DNA of 64,000 nt from Octopus vulgaris (Eukaryota): positions 94,922,001 through 94,986,000 of the forward strand of contig OX597817.1 in the NCBI GenBank assembly GCA_951406725.2, given 5' to 3'. This document shows positions 25,581 through 37,886 of this stretch, piece by piece. Below the pieces are notes generated by a model. That model saw nothing but the letters and a program-made list of their open reading frames with translations. It ran no database searches and was not told the DNA's origin. Each line of letters starts with the position of its first letter. Position 1 is the stretch's first letter. Made by a program: the position numbers and the translations under genes.

Positions 25581-26797
25581 CAGGGTGGGGAAGCAAAATT
25601 TACAATATTTTGAGGCAGGGATTGAAAGACAGTGTATGACCAATTTATTTATTGAAAGTCATGAGAATTTATTTGCCACAAGACAATTTACATAATAGAA
25701 AATACTTTTATTCTATGTGTCCTCCTTCTTTCTCAATAACTGCCTTCACACGCTTCCTGAAACTTTCACAGGCGTTCCTCAAATATTCGGGAGGCAACTT
25801 CTCCTGTTCTTCATTAATAGTATCTTTAAGGGAGTCGACATTGCTGTGTGATGTTCTATTGGTAGCATGTTCTAAAACGCCCCAAATAGCATATTCCAGA
25901 GAGTTTAGATCTGGTCTAGAAGGCGGCCATAAACATGATTTTAAAAAAATTGCTAAAGTTGTGTCCATACATAATTATCATCTGGGTAGTTTGCTTTAAG
26001 CCATGGCAATACATCGTATCTCAGAGTCTTGTAGTAAGTATTAACATTGATCTTTTCATCAGCTTTGTAGAATTTTATAGGCGTTTTCTTTTCATCGGAA
26101 GCCAAACACCAAAAGCCATAACTTGAGCAGGATCTTTTGTTTTGAATGTCCCCTTAGCCTAAGCTGTTGGTTTTGCGATAAATCTTGTCATTTCTGCTGT
26201 TCTGAACAGCATCGACAGTGAAGATCATTTCATTTGAAAAGATCATTACAATGGAGGACTTTTTCTTGAACCATGTAATTATTTACTTGCACCTCCCTTC
26301 ATAGCTGTTGTCAACAAGTGTTTTGGTGTTCCTGTGTCAGATTTTATCCTCAAATCATATTTTTCTAATGGTCTTGTTGTCCACCTCAAGTTCAATTGCC
26401 ATTTTACTCATGGATTTGGTTGGTTCCTTTAGGATTTGGGATTTGAGAGCTTTAATAAAAGCTTTGGTACGTTTTTTGTTGATTCCTCAACTTCCAGACT
26501 TCCTCGTAATAGTTTTGCTCATAGTCATTCTATTCTTTACATTATAAATAGTCTTTATAGACACTCCAACTATATTTGAAATCTCCTTTGGTGTGACGAG
26601 TGCATTCAGAAAATCACACACTCTTTGACTTTTGCTTTCCTGATTACTCATATGGGCAAAAGTTTCTGAAAACGTAAGGATAATAGTGTTAGATATGAGT
26701 ATGACATCAATATAAGCTAGGTTTCAAAACAATTGACTTAGTGCCTCCTGAGAAAAAACAACTTAACTTTCATTGTAAATTTTGCTTCCCCACCCTG
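25581..26797 (-). mobile_element. Tc1/mariner DNA transposon, probably DD37D/maT-like, with decayed transposase
   Basis: TIRs cagggtggggaagcaaaatttacaat / attgtaaattttgcttcccccaccctg with TA on each side; transposase C-terminus WPPSRPDLNSLEYAIWGVLE...FRKRVKAVIEKEGGHIE. Confidence 0.9.
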
Positions 26798-27781
26798 TAT
26801 ATACTTACATACATGAATATATGCATGCATAATTGTATATATACATACTACAACTACCACCACTAGTAAAAAAAAAGAATAAATTCTGAAAGTAATATTA
26901 TGTGAATGAGAAGAACACATGGATAAGTACTCTGAATCTACAGCTATTCCATGTGACGCAACGGTGACTGATCTGACCTACTTAAACAGAGACTTGGATG
27001 AGAAATACTCATCATAGCAGTTAAGAGTATGCTTGGATACCTATCCTTCAAGCTAGAGTATATTAATAACATTGACAAAAATTGTCAGTAAATACATAAT
27101 ATCCTACAGTAAATACATATCTCACAAAGAATATGATGCGCCATACTAGTGTTGAAAATATCATCCATATCTATTCAAAGATGTCCGTAACACTACCTTC
27201 CCATGAGACATTATATTGTTGCTAAAAAGGCTATACGCAAGAAGTATTCTCCTGATGGCCATACTAAAAACACACCGGAACTAGAAAGTAATTACGCTTT
27301 CAGATTAAAGAATACTGGTTGAATATTTGAATAAATACAGCAGCATAGTGAAAGCACAACAGGATAAATATGGTATGGAACAGGGAGAAGAAAATCATGA
27401 ACTGTTGCAGAGATCAGCTGCATGGCAGATGTGAATTTCTCGTCAAAAATTGGGGAAACGGAGGACATCTAAGAAAAGCTAATCAGAAACCTACAGCCCT
27501 TATATCTAGACTAGAGATTTTCATTTCTACAAATGTGCATTGGGTTACGTAGCAAAAGATCTGCATAAAAAGCTAGATATAGTAATTCTCTAGAGTAAGC
27601 TAATCCACGTTCTTCACATACACCTGATAGGAAGCACAATGAATATTTGTAAAACATTTCAGGATCTTTCCTTTTGAGTTTCATGAACTGAAAACACGCA
27701 CACGATCACATATATATGTGGAATACACACACTCACATACACATAAACACATATACATACATACATACATACATACATACA

Positions 27782-27878
<97 letters not shown>

Positions 27879-27922
27879 ATGTGTATGTATGTATTATGTA
27901 TGTATGTATGTATGTATGTATA

Positions 27923-29187
27923 CGAGAAGCTACCCAAAAGCAACCGGAAACGTTCTCTGTGAGACAATCCCGTTGTAGTTCTGGAAGCCAGTTGGTGCGG
28001 CGCTCAGGCATCAGTCCGCCCGATTGGTGTCGCATTGCTACGTAAGCGTCTTTGTTTTGCAGTGTTTTTCCCCTGTTCGTTGATTTTTGCGATGGCTGAA
28101 ACGAAGAAACAGCGTGCTTCCTTGAAATTTTGATTTCTGCTGGGAAAAACGGCAGCCAAAACAGTTGACACGCCTCAAACAGCTTATAAGAACGCCGCCA
28201 TGAGCAAAACACGAGTTTACGAGTGGTTTTCACACTTTAGGAATGGTTACTTGTCACTTGAAGACCAACCTCGTTCAGGGCAACCGTCGACCTCCCGAAC
28301 GAACGAAAACATCACGAAAATTCCTGAGCTAATCTTGGAGGACTGTCGCCGACGAATTAACGGACTTGTTGCTATGGCTGGTGTGTCCTGGAGCCAACGA
28401 ATTTTGAGCGAGGAATTGCGAATGAAAATAGCAAAGTTTGTGCCTCACTTGCTCACGGAAGATCAAAATCGATCACGACTGAATGTGTGTCGTGAACTGA
28501 AAGAACAGTTGGAAGTTGGTCCGGACCTTTAAGGTCATCACTGGTGATGAAAGCTGGTGCTACGGTTACAACGCGGAAACGAAGCAGCAATCAAGTCAAT
28601 GGAAGCATTCAATGTCATCACATTCCCAAAAATTGTGTCAAGTGAAGTCTAATGTCAAAATAATGCTCATTTGTTTCATCGATGTGAAAGGAATTTTCTA
28701 CACAGAATTTGTTCCTCCTAGTCAAACTGTTAACCAGACATTTTACTTGGCAATTGTGAATCATTTGTGAGATGCGGTGAGACGAAAACGCCCAGACCTG
28801 TGGCAAAATGGAGAGTGGTGTCTTCATCACGATAATGCGCCTGTGCACACAGCCTTGAGTGTGAGACAGTTTTTGGCATGACCACGCTTACCCACCCTCC
28901 CTATTTACCCGATCTTGCTCCCTGCAACTTTTTTGTTCCACCGAATGAAAAAAGTACCTAAAGAAAAACGTTATGAAAACGTGGAAGAAATTAGAAATAA
29001 AAGACGGAGGCATTAAAAAGCATCATTTCGCAAGAGTTCCAGGACTGCTTCGAACAGTGGAAAACGTGTCTGGACCAATGCATTGCTTCAAATAGTAAAT
29101 ACTTTGAAGGCGATAAAAGTATAAACATGTAAAATTTGTGAATAAGATAATATTGCAAAATTCCATTCTCTTTTGGGTAACGCTTCG
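27923..29187 (+). mobile_element. Mariner (DD34D) element with pseudogenised transposase
   Basis: Peptides RVYEWF..DQPRSGQP, FVPHLL, ITGDESWCYGY, HHDNAPVH, HPPYLPDLAP; imperfect TIRs cgagaagctacccaaaag / cttttgggtaacgcttcg; sits in a TA/TG microsatellite. Confidence 0.88.
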
Positions 29188-29189
29188 TG

Positions 29190-29282
<93 letters not shown>

Positions 29283-29517
29283 ATGTATGTATGTATGTAT
29301 GTATGTATGTATGTATGTATGTATGTATGTATGTATAAGGAAAATAAGACAAGGTAGAAAATGCTAAAATAATTTTATCATGAAAAACATTTCAGTATTT
29401 GCGAAAAACTCTCTTTTTTACTCTTGTGGGTTCTAGGTAGTTAGCAGCAGCTAGTTTGATATGAATTCCTGTCTTTGATTGTTTAAGCAGCAGTAGTAGT
29501 AGAGAAAGGAGGTGGCG

Positions 29518-29612
29518 AAGAAGAAGAAGAAGAAGAAGAAGAAGAAGAAGAAGAAGAAGAAGAAGAAGAAGAAGAAGAAGAAGAAGAAGATGAAGAAGAA
29601 GAAGAAGAAGAA
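29518..29612. repeat. (GAA)n microsatellite
   Basis: Directly visible; gives the poly-K ORF 29512..29709. Confidence 0.95.
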
Positions 29613-29699
29613 TGCGGGAGTATTGACAGTAGTAGGATGCTGGTGGAATCCTCTTAAATGGTCAAGTGACCTAAAAGTGACCCGTTGTGGTTGGAATAG

Positions 29700-30740
29700 T
29701 AGTGATTAAATTGTTCTGAATAAACTTATGTGAAGTGACTGTTTTGAATATATCGTTCTTAATATTTGCGTGTGTGTTGTTCTAAGGCTCTGGTGATCGT
29801 GTCATTTGTGGTGGATGCATTCAAAAGGGGTTTATATTTTGTGGTAAAGAATGACTCTTTATCAATGCACTGATTACAGGTTGTATCGTCCTTGAATTGA
29901 TAGAGGGGAAAAATTCTGAAGCTGGGTTCTTTATTATTGGCGCAAATGTCGATGTGTTTGCTGAATGTTATTTCTTCTGTTTTTCGGAATTTTGACGTAG
30001 ACTTATTTGGCTTTGGTCTGTGTTTTCTCACAACACCCAGAGCAAGTTAATACATATATCAGGTTCTCTGAAGCACTTGTGAAGTTGCTTTTTACTGAAA
30101 CATTGACCCTGTTTGAAAAAGAACTCTGATCCCTCAATTAGGTTGACACACACACACCACAGTTAGGTCTTCCGTATTTTTTTACTGACGGCTTCAGTGT
30201 TATTGTTGGGCGTATTCGGGCTTGTGCTAGGAGACTTTTCATAGATTTGGGCTGTCTTTTGCTCTTTATGATGGTGTACGTTTGGAGGATTAAATTCATT
30301 CTGTGGTCCCTTTTTAGTAGGGGAATGTTTTGGAGGCTGGTGTCGAAGGCTTCATTGTTAAGAGGGTTGTGTGTGGAGATATATAGTAGGGCTTTTGATT
30401 GTAAATCCTACTTTAATTTGGGATGTCTGAGTTCGTGGATGTTGAATAGTAGGGCACGTTGAAAGCATATATCAATTAGTGACGGTGGGTAGTTTCTGGT
30501 GATAAGTGTATACTTTAGTTCATGTAGTCGTGTGTCCCTGGTGCTTGTATTAGAAACTATAGTACAAATCCTTTTTGCTAGGTTGAAGGGGATATTCATT
30601 CTGGTGTGTCTGGGGTGGCATGAGTTGAACGGTAGATATTGCTTGGAGTCCGTAGGCTTATAGTATATATCTGTTTTTATTTCGTTGTTAGATTTCTTAA
30701 TGTGGATGTCGAGGAAAGGAAGTTGTTTATGGATATATTC
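29700..30740 (-). mobile_element. Penelope-like element fragment (Neptune-type RT C-terminus and GIY-YIG)
   Basis: LPFLDIHI..TDIYYKPTDSKQYLPFNSCHPRHTRMNIPFNLAKRICTIVS; followed by KKYGRPNCGVC and NLIY remnants. Confidence 0.82.
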
Positions 30741-30811
30741 CATCGTGAATTGAAACTCGGAGTCTTATCATGGCTACCGAATAATTTTCACATATTATAT
30801 TTACAGATATA

Positions 30812-32079
30812 CGAGGGGCGTTCAATAAGTAATGCCCCTGACCCACTTGCAGTTGTTTGATCTAGCTGAAAGTGCATGTGCACTTATTTATACCTCTATA
30901 GATTAAGTGGCGAATTACAGCTCTGAACTAATTGTGGTTTCTGATTTACAGGTGTTTGAACTGAGTCAAGTGTGAAATGGAGCCTGTTGAGTGTCGAGCA
31001 GTGATCTGGTTTTTGTATTTGAAAGGACGCACACCACGGGAGACTTTTGATGAAATGAAAGTAACTTATGGTGATGATGCCCCATCATATGACCTTGTAA
31101 AACGCTGGCATTGTGAATTCAAACATAGTCGGAACTCTGTGGAAACAGCTCCCAGATCTGGTCGCCCCCTTCTGCCGTTGATGAGACGTCTGTCCGTCAA
31201 GTTGAGGCTGCCATTTTGGAAGGGTCAACGCATAACTATTCGCCAAATAGCCCATGAGGTCAAGATTAGTACCGGGTCTGTGGAAACTATCATTTATGAC
31301 CATTTGCATATGGAAAAGGTGACTGCCAGATGGATTTCCAGGTTGCTCACACCTTTCCAGAAGCAAGAACGCGTTGAGTGCTCGAGGATGATTTTGGAGA
31401 TGTGCCAAGAAGATGAGTCAAATTTTTTCAAAAGACTGATCACACAGGATAAAACCTGGGTCCATCACTATGATCCAGAGACAAAAGCCCAGTCAATGCA
31501 GTGAAAGCACCGTGACTCACCTCCGCCAAAGAAGGCAAGGGTGCAGCCCTCCGCTGGCAAGGTTATGCTCACAGTCTTCTGGGACGAGGACGGAGTAGTG
31601 ATGACAGATTTCCTGGCAAAGGGTACCACAATTGCAGGAGCCTATTATGCTTCACTTTTGAGGAAATTAAGAGAAGCTATCAAAATCAAGAGGCGGGGCA
31701 AGATCAGCAAAGGCATCCTCCTCCTGCAGGACAACGCTCCGGTCCACAACTCGCGTGTCGCCAGATCAGAAGCACAGGCGTGCAGCTATGAACTCCTCCC
31801 CTTGCACCCTCTGATTTTCACCTCTTCCCAGCCATGAAGTTGATTTTGAAAGGAAAGCGTTTGCCAGATGATGCAGCCTTGATTTCTGAAGTCACGTCGT
31901 GGTTGGAGGACCAAGCTGGGGTCTTCTACAAAAACGGTCCCCAGAGCTGTATCAAACGATGGGAGAAATGCATAACTCTGGGTAGTTCCTATGTAGGAAA
32001 AGACTAATAACTGTGCCAAGTGTCGTTGCTCTACTGCTATGGGAAGTGGGTCAGGGGCATTACTTATTGAACGCCCCTC

Positions 32080-32080
<1 letters not shown>
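30812..32080 (+). mobile_element. Mariner (DD34D) element, copy 1, with disrupted transposase
   Basis: 36-bp TIRs cgaggggcgttcaataagtaatgcccctgacccact with TA flanks; ORFs 30977-31504 and 31541-31837 (ITQDKTWVHHYDPETK, LLQDNAPVH). Confidence 0.93.
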
Positions 32081-32140
<60 letters not shown>

Positions 32141-32144
<4 letters not shown>

Positions 32145-32550
32145 ATCCAAACATGAAAGCACAAAAAAACACAACGCGAGGACGTGGAACAAATATAGTA
32201 TTATTGGACGCTCAGGAAAGAAGGAAGTTGTTTATGGATATATCTCCACACACAACCCTCTTAACAATGAAGCCTTCGACACCACCCTCCAAAACATTCC
32301 CCTACTAAAAAGGGACCACAGAATGAATTTAATCCTCCAAACGTACACCATCATAAAGAGCAAAATACAGCCCAAATCTATGAAAAGTCTCCTAGCACAA
32401 GCCCGAATACGCCCAACAATAACAGAATAACACAGAAGGAGGGTTTAACGTTTCGAGGGGAGCTCTTCGTCGGAAACATAGGAGAAGGAAAGATCCAGAG
32501 AAGGGAAGACGGAGGGAAAAAATCCCCAACGGTACACACGCGGTCACATT
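32141..32550 (-). mobile_element. PLE 3' terminal remnant with hammerhead motif, interrupted by a templated insertion
   Basis: Minus strand gttt-CCGACGA-agagctcccctc-GAAACGTT-aaac at 32443-32477; starts at the (TA)n tract 32081-32140. Confidence 0.55.
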
Positions 32551-32661
32551 TTGGATTTTTCGGCAGTCTGAATTGGTTTTGTGTGCATATGTGTGCGACT
32601 GTGGATAAGCTCGCATTTGTGTAGTGGGTAATCATGTCACTTTTGTACATTACTTCATTAC

Positions 32662-32708
<47 letters not shown>

Positions 32709-33771
32709 GTAAAAATAAGTGACATGATTACCCACTACACAAATGCGAGCTTATCCACAGTCGCACACATATGCACACAAAACCAATTCAGACAGCCGCA
32801 AAATCCAAAGAGCTGTCTTTTCTATTAAACAATGGAGCCAAACCATTTTGTTGGTGACCGGCTTGAATTCTCCAGAGGAAAAAAAGAAATAATCCCAAAG
32901 GAAAACATACGCTTGTTTACATTCATACATATATATACATATATATATACATACATACATAAACACACACACACACATACATGCATACATATATATACAC
33001 ACACATAAATACATATCACACAGAGATAGACATAGGGATGTATATGCACTCACCTCACACGCGCGTACACACAAACATACATATAGTGTCTAAGTAGGTG
33101 TGATTACATACCAGTATCGACAGCGAAGACTAACCAGTCTCTCCAGGTAACTAAACTTGATCTGTCTTATTGAAATAATAATAGCAACACCAGCGACTAC
33201 TATTACTACAACTACTACTACTACTACTTCAACCTCTCAAACCACCATCATCACAACAGCAATAACTATCACTATCATTACCACCACTATAGCAGCTACT
33301 ACCACTACCACCACTACATCACCGCTACAACAGAACTACAATCACGAACACTGTTACCAACACTACAACAACAACTACTACTACTAACATCCCTACCATC
33401 ACCATTCACAACTAAATACTCTGTATAACGACGTCGACCAACACCACGATACCACCACCATCAACATCTTTTACTACTACTACTACTACTACTACTACAC
33501 TGCAATATCAACAGAAAACCTACTCCCGCTACTTCTACAATAACAGCAACATTATGACAATATGAACACATGTCGCCACTCCAACAACCACAACCAATAT
33601 CATACAACAATGGGAAACTGTAATCAGGAGACTCGACTCGCTAAATCAAGCTGTTTATTTTTAGTCTAATTCTTTAAATCGGTTAATCCATAGACAAAAG
33701 ATAAATACAGGGTTAAATGAGGGTGTGGATGTATTTTGAACCTGGAGTGACAATAACTGATGGATGTAAAT

Positions 33772-33938
33772 AGGTGCAGGCATGGCTGTGTGGTAAGAAG
33801 CTTGCTTCCCAGCCACATGGTTCCGAGTTCAGTCCCACTGCGTAGCACCTTGGGCAAGTGTCTTAAGTGTCTTCTATAGCCTCGGCCCGACCAAAGCCTT
33901 GTGAGTGGATTTGGTAGACGGAAACTGAAAGAATCCAG

Positions 33939-34019
<81 letters not shown>

Positions 34020-34235
34020 TTTCTGTCTGTCTGTTTGTACCGCCGCCATCTCTTGACAACTGATGCTGGTGTGTTTATCTCCCTGTGATCTAGCGGTTCG
34101 GCAAAAGAGACCGATAGAATAAATACTAGGCTTACAAGGAATACGTATTGGCAGTCGATTTCTTCGACTTGAACCCTTTAAGGCAGTGCTTCAGCATGGC
34201 CGCGGTCAAGTGATTGAAACAAGTAAAAAGAATTA
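33772..34235 (+). mobile_element. SINE family A, complete bipartite copy: tRNA-like head, internal (GT)n, 3' body
   Basis: A-box-like TGGCTGTGTGG, B-box-like GAGTTCAGTCC, ccttgggcaagtg core, (GT)n at 33940-34018, then the body seen at 20-240. Confidence 0.85.
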
Positions 34236-35071
34236 TAAAACAAATAATTCAAATTACGCTCATGGACACTATAGAATGTTGGTGATAGGACTTGAACCAC
34301 CGAGGTGTGGTTGCTTGTCTAGTACATTCTCCATTTAACTATCCACACATTGACAAGTGAGTGAGGATCAATGCTTTTAGAATATTTTGTAAAGTATCTC
34401 TGTTTTCTGAGTTCAAGCCTTGACTGGATTTAATTAAACTGAGTTTAATTAAATCTACTATAAACCTTCTACTTTCAAATTTTGAGTTTAACCAAATCTA
34501 CTGCATACCACCCTCTAATATATAAATACATATATGGGTACAGGACGTCACCAACGGTTAAAACAACATAAAATACGTAAACAAACGAGTCAAAGAAACC
34601 GAACGAAAACAAACATGGAGGGTCATTAAACCAGAACGAGAGGAAAATAGTGAACGCTGTGAGAAATATTTTTTTTTGAAAAGAGAAAAGATAGAATAGA
34701 GAGAAAAAAGATGTCCGTTCTTTTGAACGTCCGTGCTGGAAAAGAAAGATGGGCGATGGTCACGTGTAAGCAACGAGAGAGAGAAAAGAGAAAGAGGGGT
34801 AAAGAGAGAGAGAGATAGAAAATGGTGAAGGAGAGAGGAGAAGAAAAAGGGAATTAGAGAAGGATGGAGGAAGAAAACAGTATAGATAAGAGTCGCATCA
34901 AAAAGGTGGCGATAAACTTACTTGGAAATGGATGCGTGGCGTTCAATTAAATAATAAATAGTAAATAATATATACTATATATATATTCTTTGATTGTTTT
35001 ATATGTTTCAGCCTTGAGGCTTCAGCCATGCTACATACATACATACATACATATATACATACATACATACA

Positions 35072-35153
<82 letters not shown>

Positions 35154-35176
35154 TGTATGTATGTATGTATGTATGT

Positions 35177-36563
35177 AGAATATGGATCTTGTCCAGGTAT
35201 TCATTGATTTAACTAAGGCCTTTGATACTGTAAATAGGGCCTTTCTATGGAAAATACTTGGCAAACTTGGATGTCCGGATCACTTTGTATCTATAATTAA
35301 ATCATTTCATGATGGGATGGAGGCTTGGGTCAATGTTGGTGGTGCCATGTAGAGAATGGTATCAAGCAGGGTGACATCCTTGCCCCAACTCTCTTTTCTT
35401 TGTACTTTGCTGCTGCTTTTACTCATGCTTTTGCTAAGGTTAGCTCTCTGGGAATATATGTCAGATACCGATCTTCTGGCCGCCTCTTTAATCTTCGCCG
35501 ATTTGCTGCCAATTCAAAGGTTTCCCAGTCTATTATTCGTGACCTCCTTTATGCAGATGACTATGACTTAGTCACTCATACAGTGGATGACATGCAAATA
35601 CTCATGAATTGCATTTCTGCTTCTTGCAGGGCATTTGGACTCAGCATTAGCCTGGACAAGACTGTTGTAATGTTCCAGCCTGCACCAGGAAATCCATATA
35701 TAGAACCAGCTATCTTGGTTGAAGGAACAATTCTGAAGATAGTAGACAAGTTTGTCTACTTGGGCTTAGCCGTTCTTGCTCCCTGGATGAGGAAATATCT
35801 TTCAGGTTGCAGAGAGCAACTAATTCCTTCCGGTCTCTTCAGTCTCGTGTCTGGTCCCAACATGGCATCGCAAGGAGAACAAAAGTTGCTGTGTACCGTG
35901 CTTGTGTACTGACATCGCTTCTCTACTCATGTGAGACATGGACTCTGTACAAACGTCAGGTAAGGGTCCTTGAACGTTTTCATCAGAGATGTCTCAGACA
36001 CATTCTCAATGTTGGCTGGACCTCAAAAATTCCAGACACACAGATCCTGAGGACAGCTGATATCTTGAGTATTGAGGCGATGGTGCACAAGCACCGGTTG
36101 CGTTGGACTGGACACCTTATTAGAATGAAGGATAGAAGGATTCCTAAGCAGATGCTCTATGGAGAACGTGTGAATGGAAGGAGACTCCAGCAGAAACCAA
36201 GGCTGCGATTTAAGGACTGTGTCAAGTCCTCATTAAAGGCCTGTGATATGCAGAACACTGACTGGGAGAACAATGCCTGTCATCACCACAGATGGAGGAA
36301 GCAGGTTAAGGAGGGGATCGACACTTTTGAGAGAGCACGTATCCAGCATGAAGAACTTAAGCGAGCTGCGCGAAAGCGCACGGCTCGTATAGTGAATGGG
36401 GAAAGCTTGGTTTGCAATGTTTGCAGTCATGTATGCTTGTCAAGAGCAGGGCTCATTAGCCACTAACGGAGCCGCAAATGCAAAATATAAGCTAGTCCTA
36501 GAGAGCACAATGTTCCTGAAGGTCGGCAATGGTCTTCCTCGGTCACGAGTGGACGGCCATCAT
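35177..36563 (+). mobile_element. 5'-truncated RTE-clade LINE inserted in (TATG)n
   Basis: FIDLTKAFDTV, GIKQGDILAPTLF, DLLYADD, LLYSCETW, RLRWTGHLIRM..RIPKQMLYG, C-terminal CNVCSHVCLSRAGLISH; frameshifted. Confidence 0.92.
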
Positions 36564-36853
36564 GTATGTATGTATGTATGTATGTATGTATGTATGTATG
36601 TATGTATGTATGTATGTATGTATGTATGTATGTATATGCATACACTCACACATACATATTTATACATCTTTTAAATTCGTTTAGGTTACGTTAGGAGTAT
36701 GCAAATAAACCTCCTATTTCATTATGCCGGCTTACCGTTTAATGATACTGACAAGTAGGTCAGATTTACGGGGTTGCATCATGGTTATACCGATACAATG
36801 TGGGATGAATATAATAACAATAATACCAGGATGGAATTTATAAATATTTAATA

Positions 36854-37611
36854 CGTACGTTTCCACAGACCAGAGATTTTGACATCAGAGTCGGTATCCT
36901 TGGGATTAGTACAGTATAGTCCGCATTATCCGTGAGCATCATCATTAATCCATCATCAGACGAAACTGTATAATTGGATGTATCACAGAGGAATGTTTAT
37001 CCCTTCTTGCCAGAATGAAGGCCAATTTAGCTATGTGAGTATTTCTGAATGTACTTAGTAGGGGGGTAGGTTATGGTAGTAGAGGAAGGAATGGTAGTAA
37101 TATGGAGATGGTTGTGTTTGTGGTGGTGTTGGATTTACTTGCTATTCATTCTGCAGATTCTAAGGCTGGTCATTCATTCAGTAGATTTAAGGACATTACT
37201 TTGCTCTAGTTCATTCTATTTCATTCATGACTTGACTCTCATTAAATTCTGAACCCAACAGGTGATCAGTTGCTACACAGTAAAGTTTGTTGATTGAATT
37301 AATACCGCCCCTCTTATGGTGACTTTTTCACTATTTTCTGCTGTTGTAGTAGTGTGTGCCATCTTAAACATTGATATTTTCAATTATTTGTTTGAGTTCC
37401 TTCACTATTCAATGATTTGTGACTTGTTTCCAAAATATATTTTTTAAATCCCATGAATGATATTTTGTTTCTATGCTTGCATGATATGACCATCTCAAAG
37501 TGTCTATTTATCACGTTTTCCCTGAATGTTATTATTTCTTCAAGGCATATATTGCATACTCGTGAAATCCCAACTCTGATGTCAAGATCATCTGATTTGT
37601 GGAAACGTACG
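36854..37611. mobile_element. Non-autonomous TIR element (MITE) with TA flanks
   Basis: cgtacgtttccacagaccagagattttgacatcagagt is inverted at actctgatgtcaagatcatctgatttgtggaaacgtacg; TA on both sides; no ORF. Confidence 0.72.
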
Positions 37612-37785
37612 TAGCGATGTGTTAAATATTGTTATTATATATATATATATATATATATATTCGACGAGATCAACTTATGACCTGTCAGTCGGAACGGAGC
37701 TCGGTCGTATGTCGGGGAGAAGGCGTATGTGCGTATATACATACATACATACATACATACATACATACATACATACATACATACA

Positions 37786-37886
<101 letters not shown>

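Noticed and set aside
30977-31837. SETMAR-like domesticated transposase
   Set aside because: Intact TIRs, a second copy in the window, and stops and frameshifts; an ordinary dead mariner.
34427-34455. 13-bp AT-rich inverted repeat gatttaattaaac/gtttaattaaatc
   Set aside because: Short and low in complexity; plausible by chance or slippage in AT-rich DNA.
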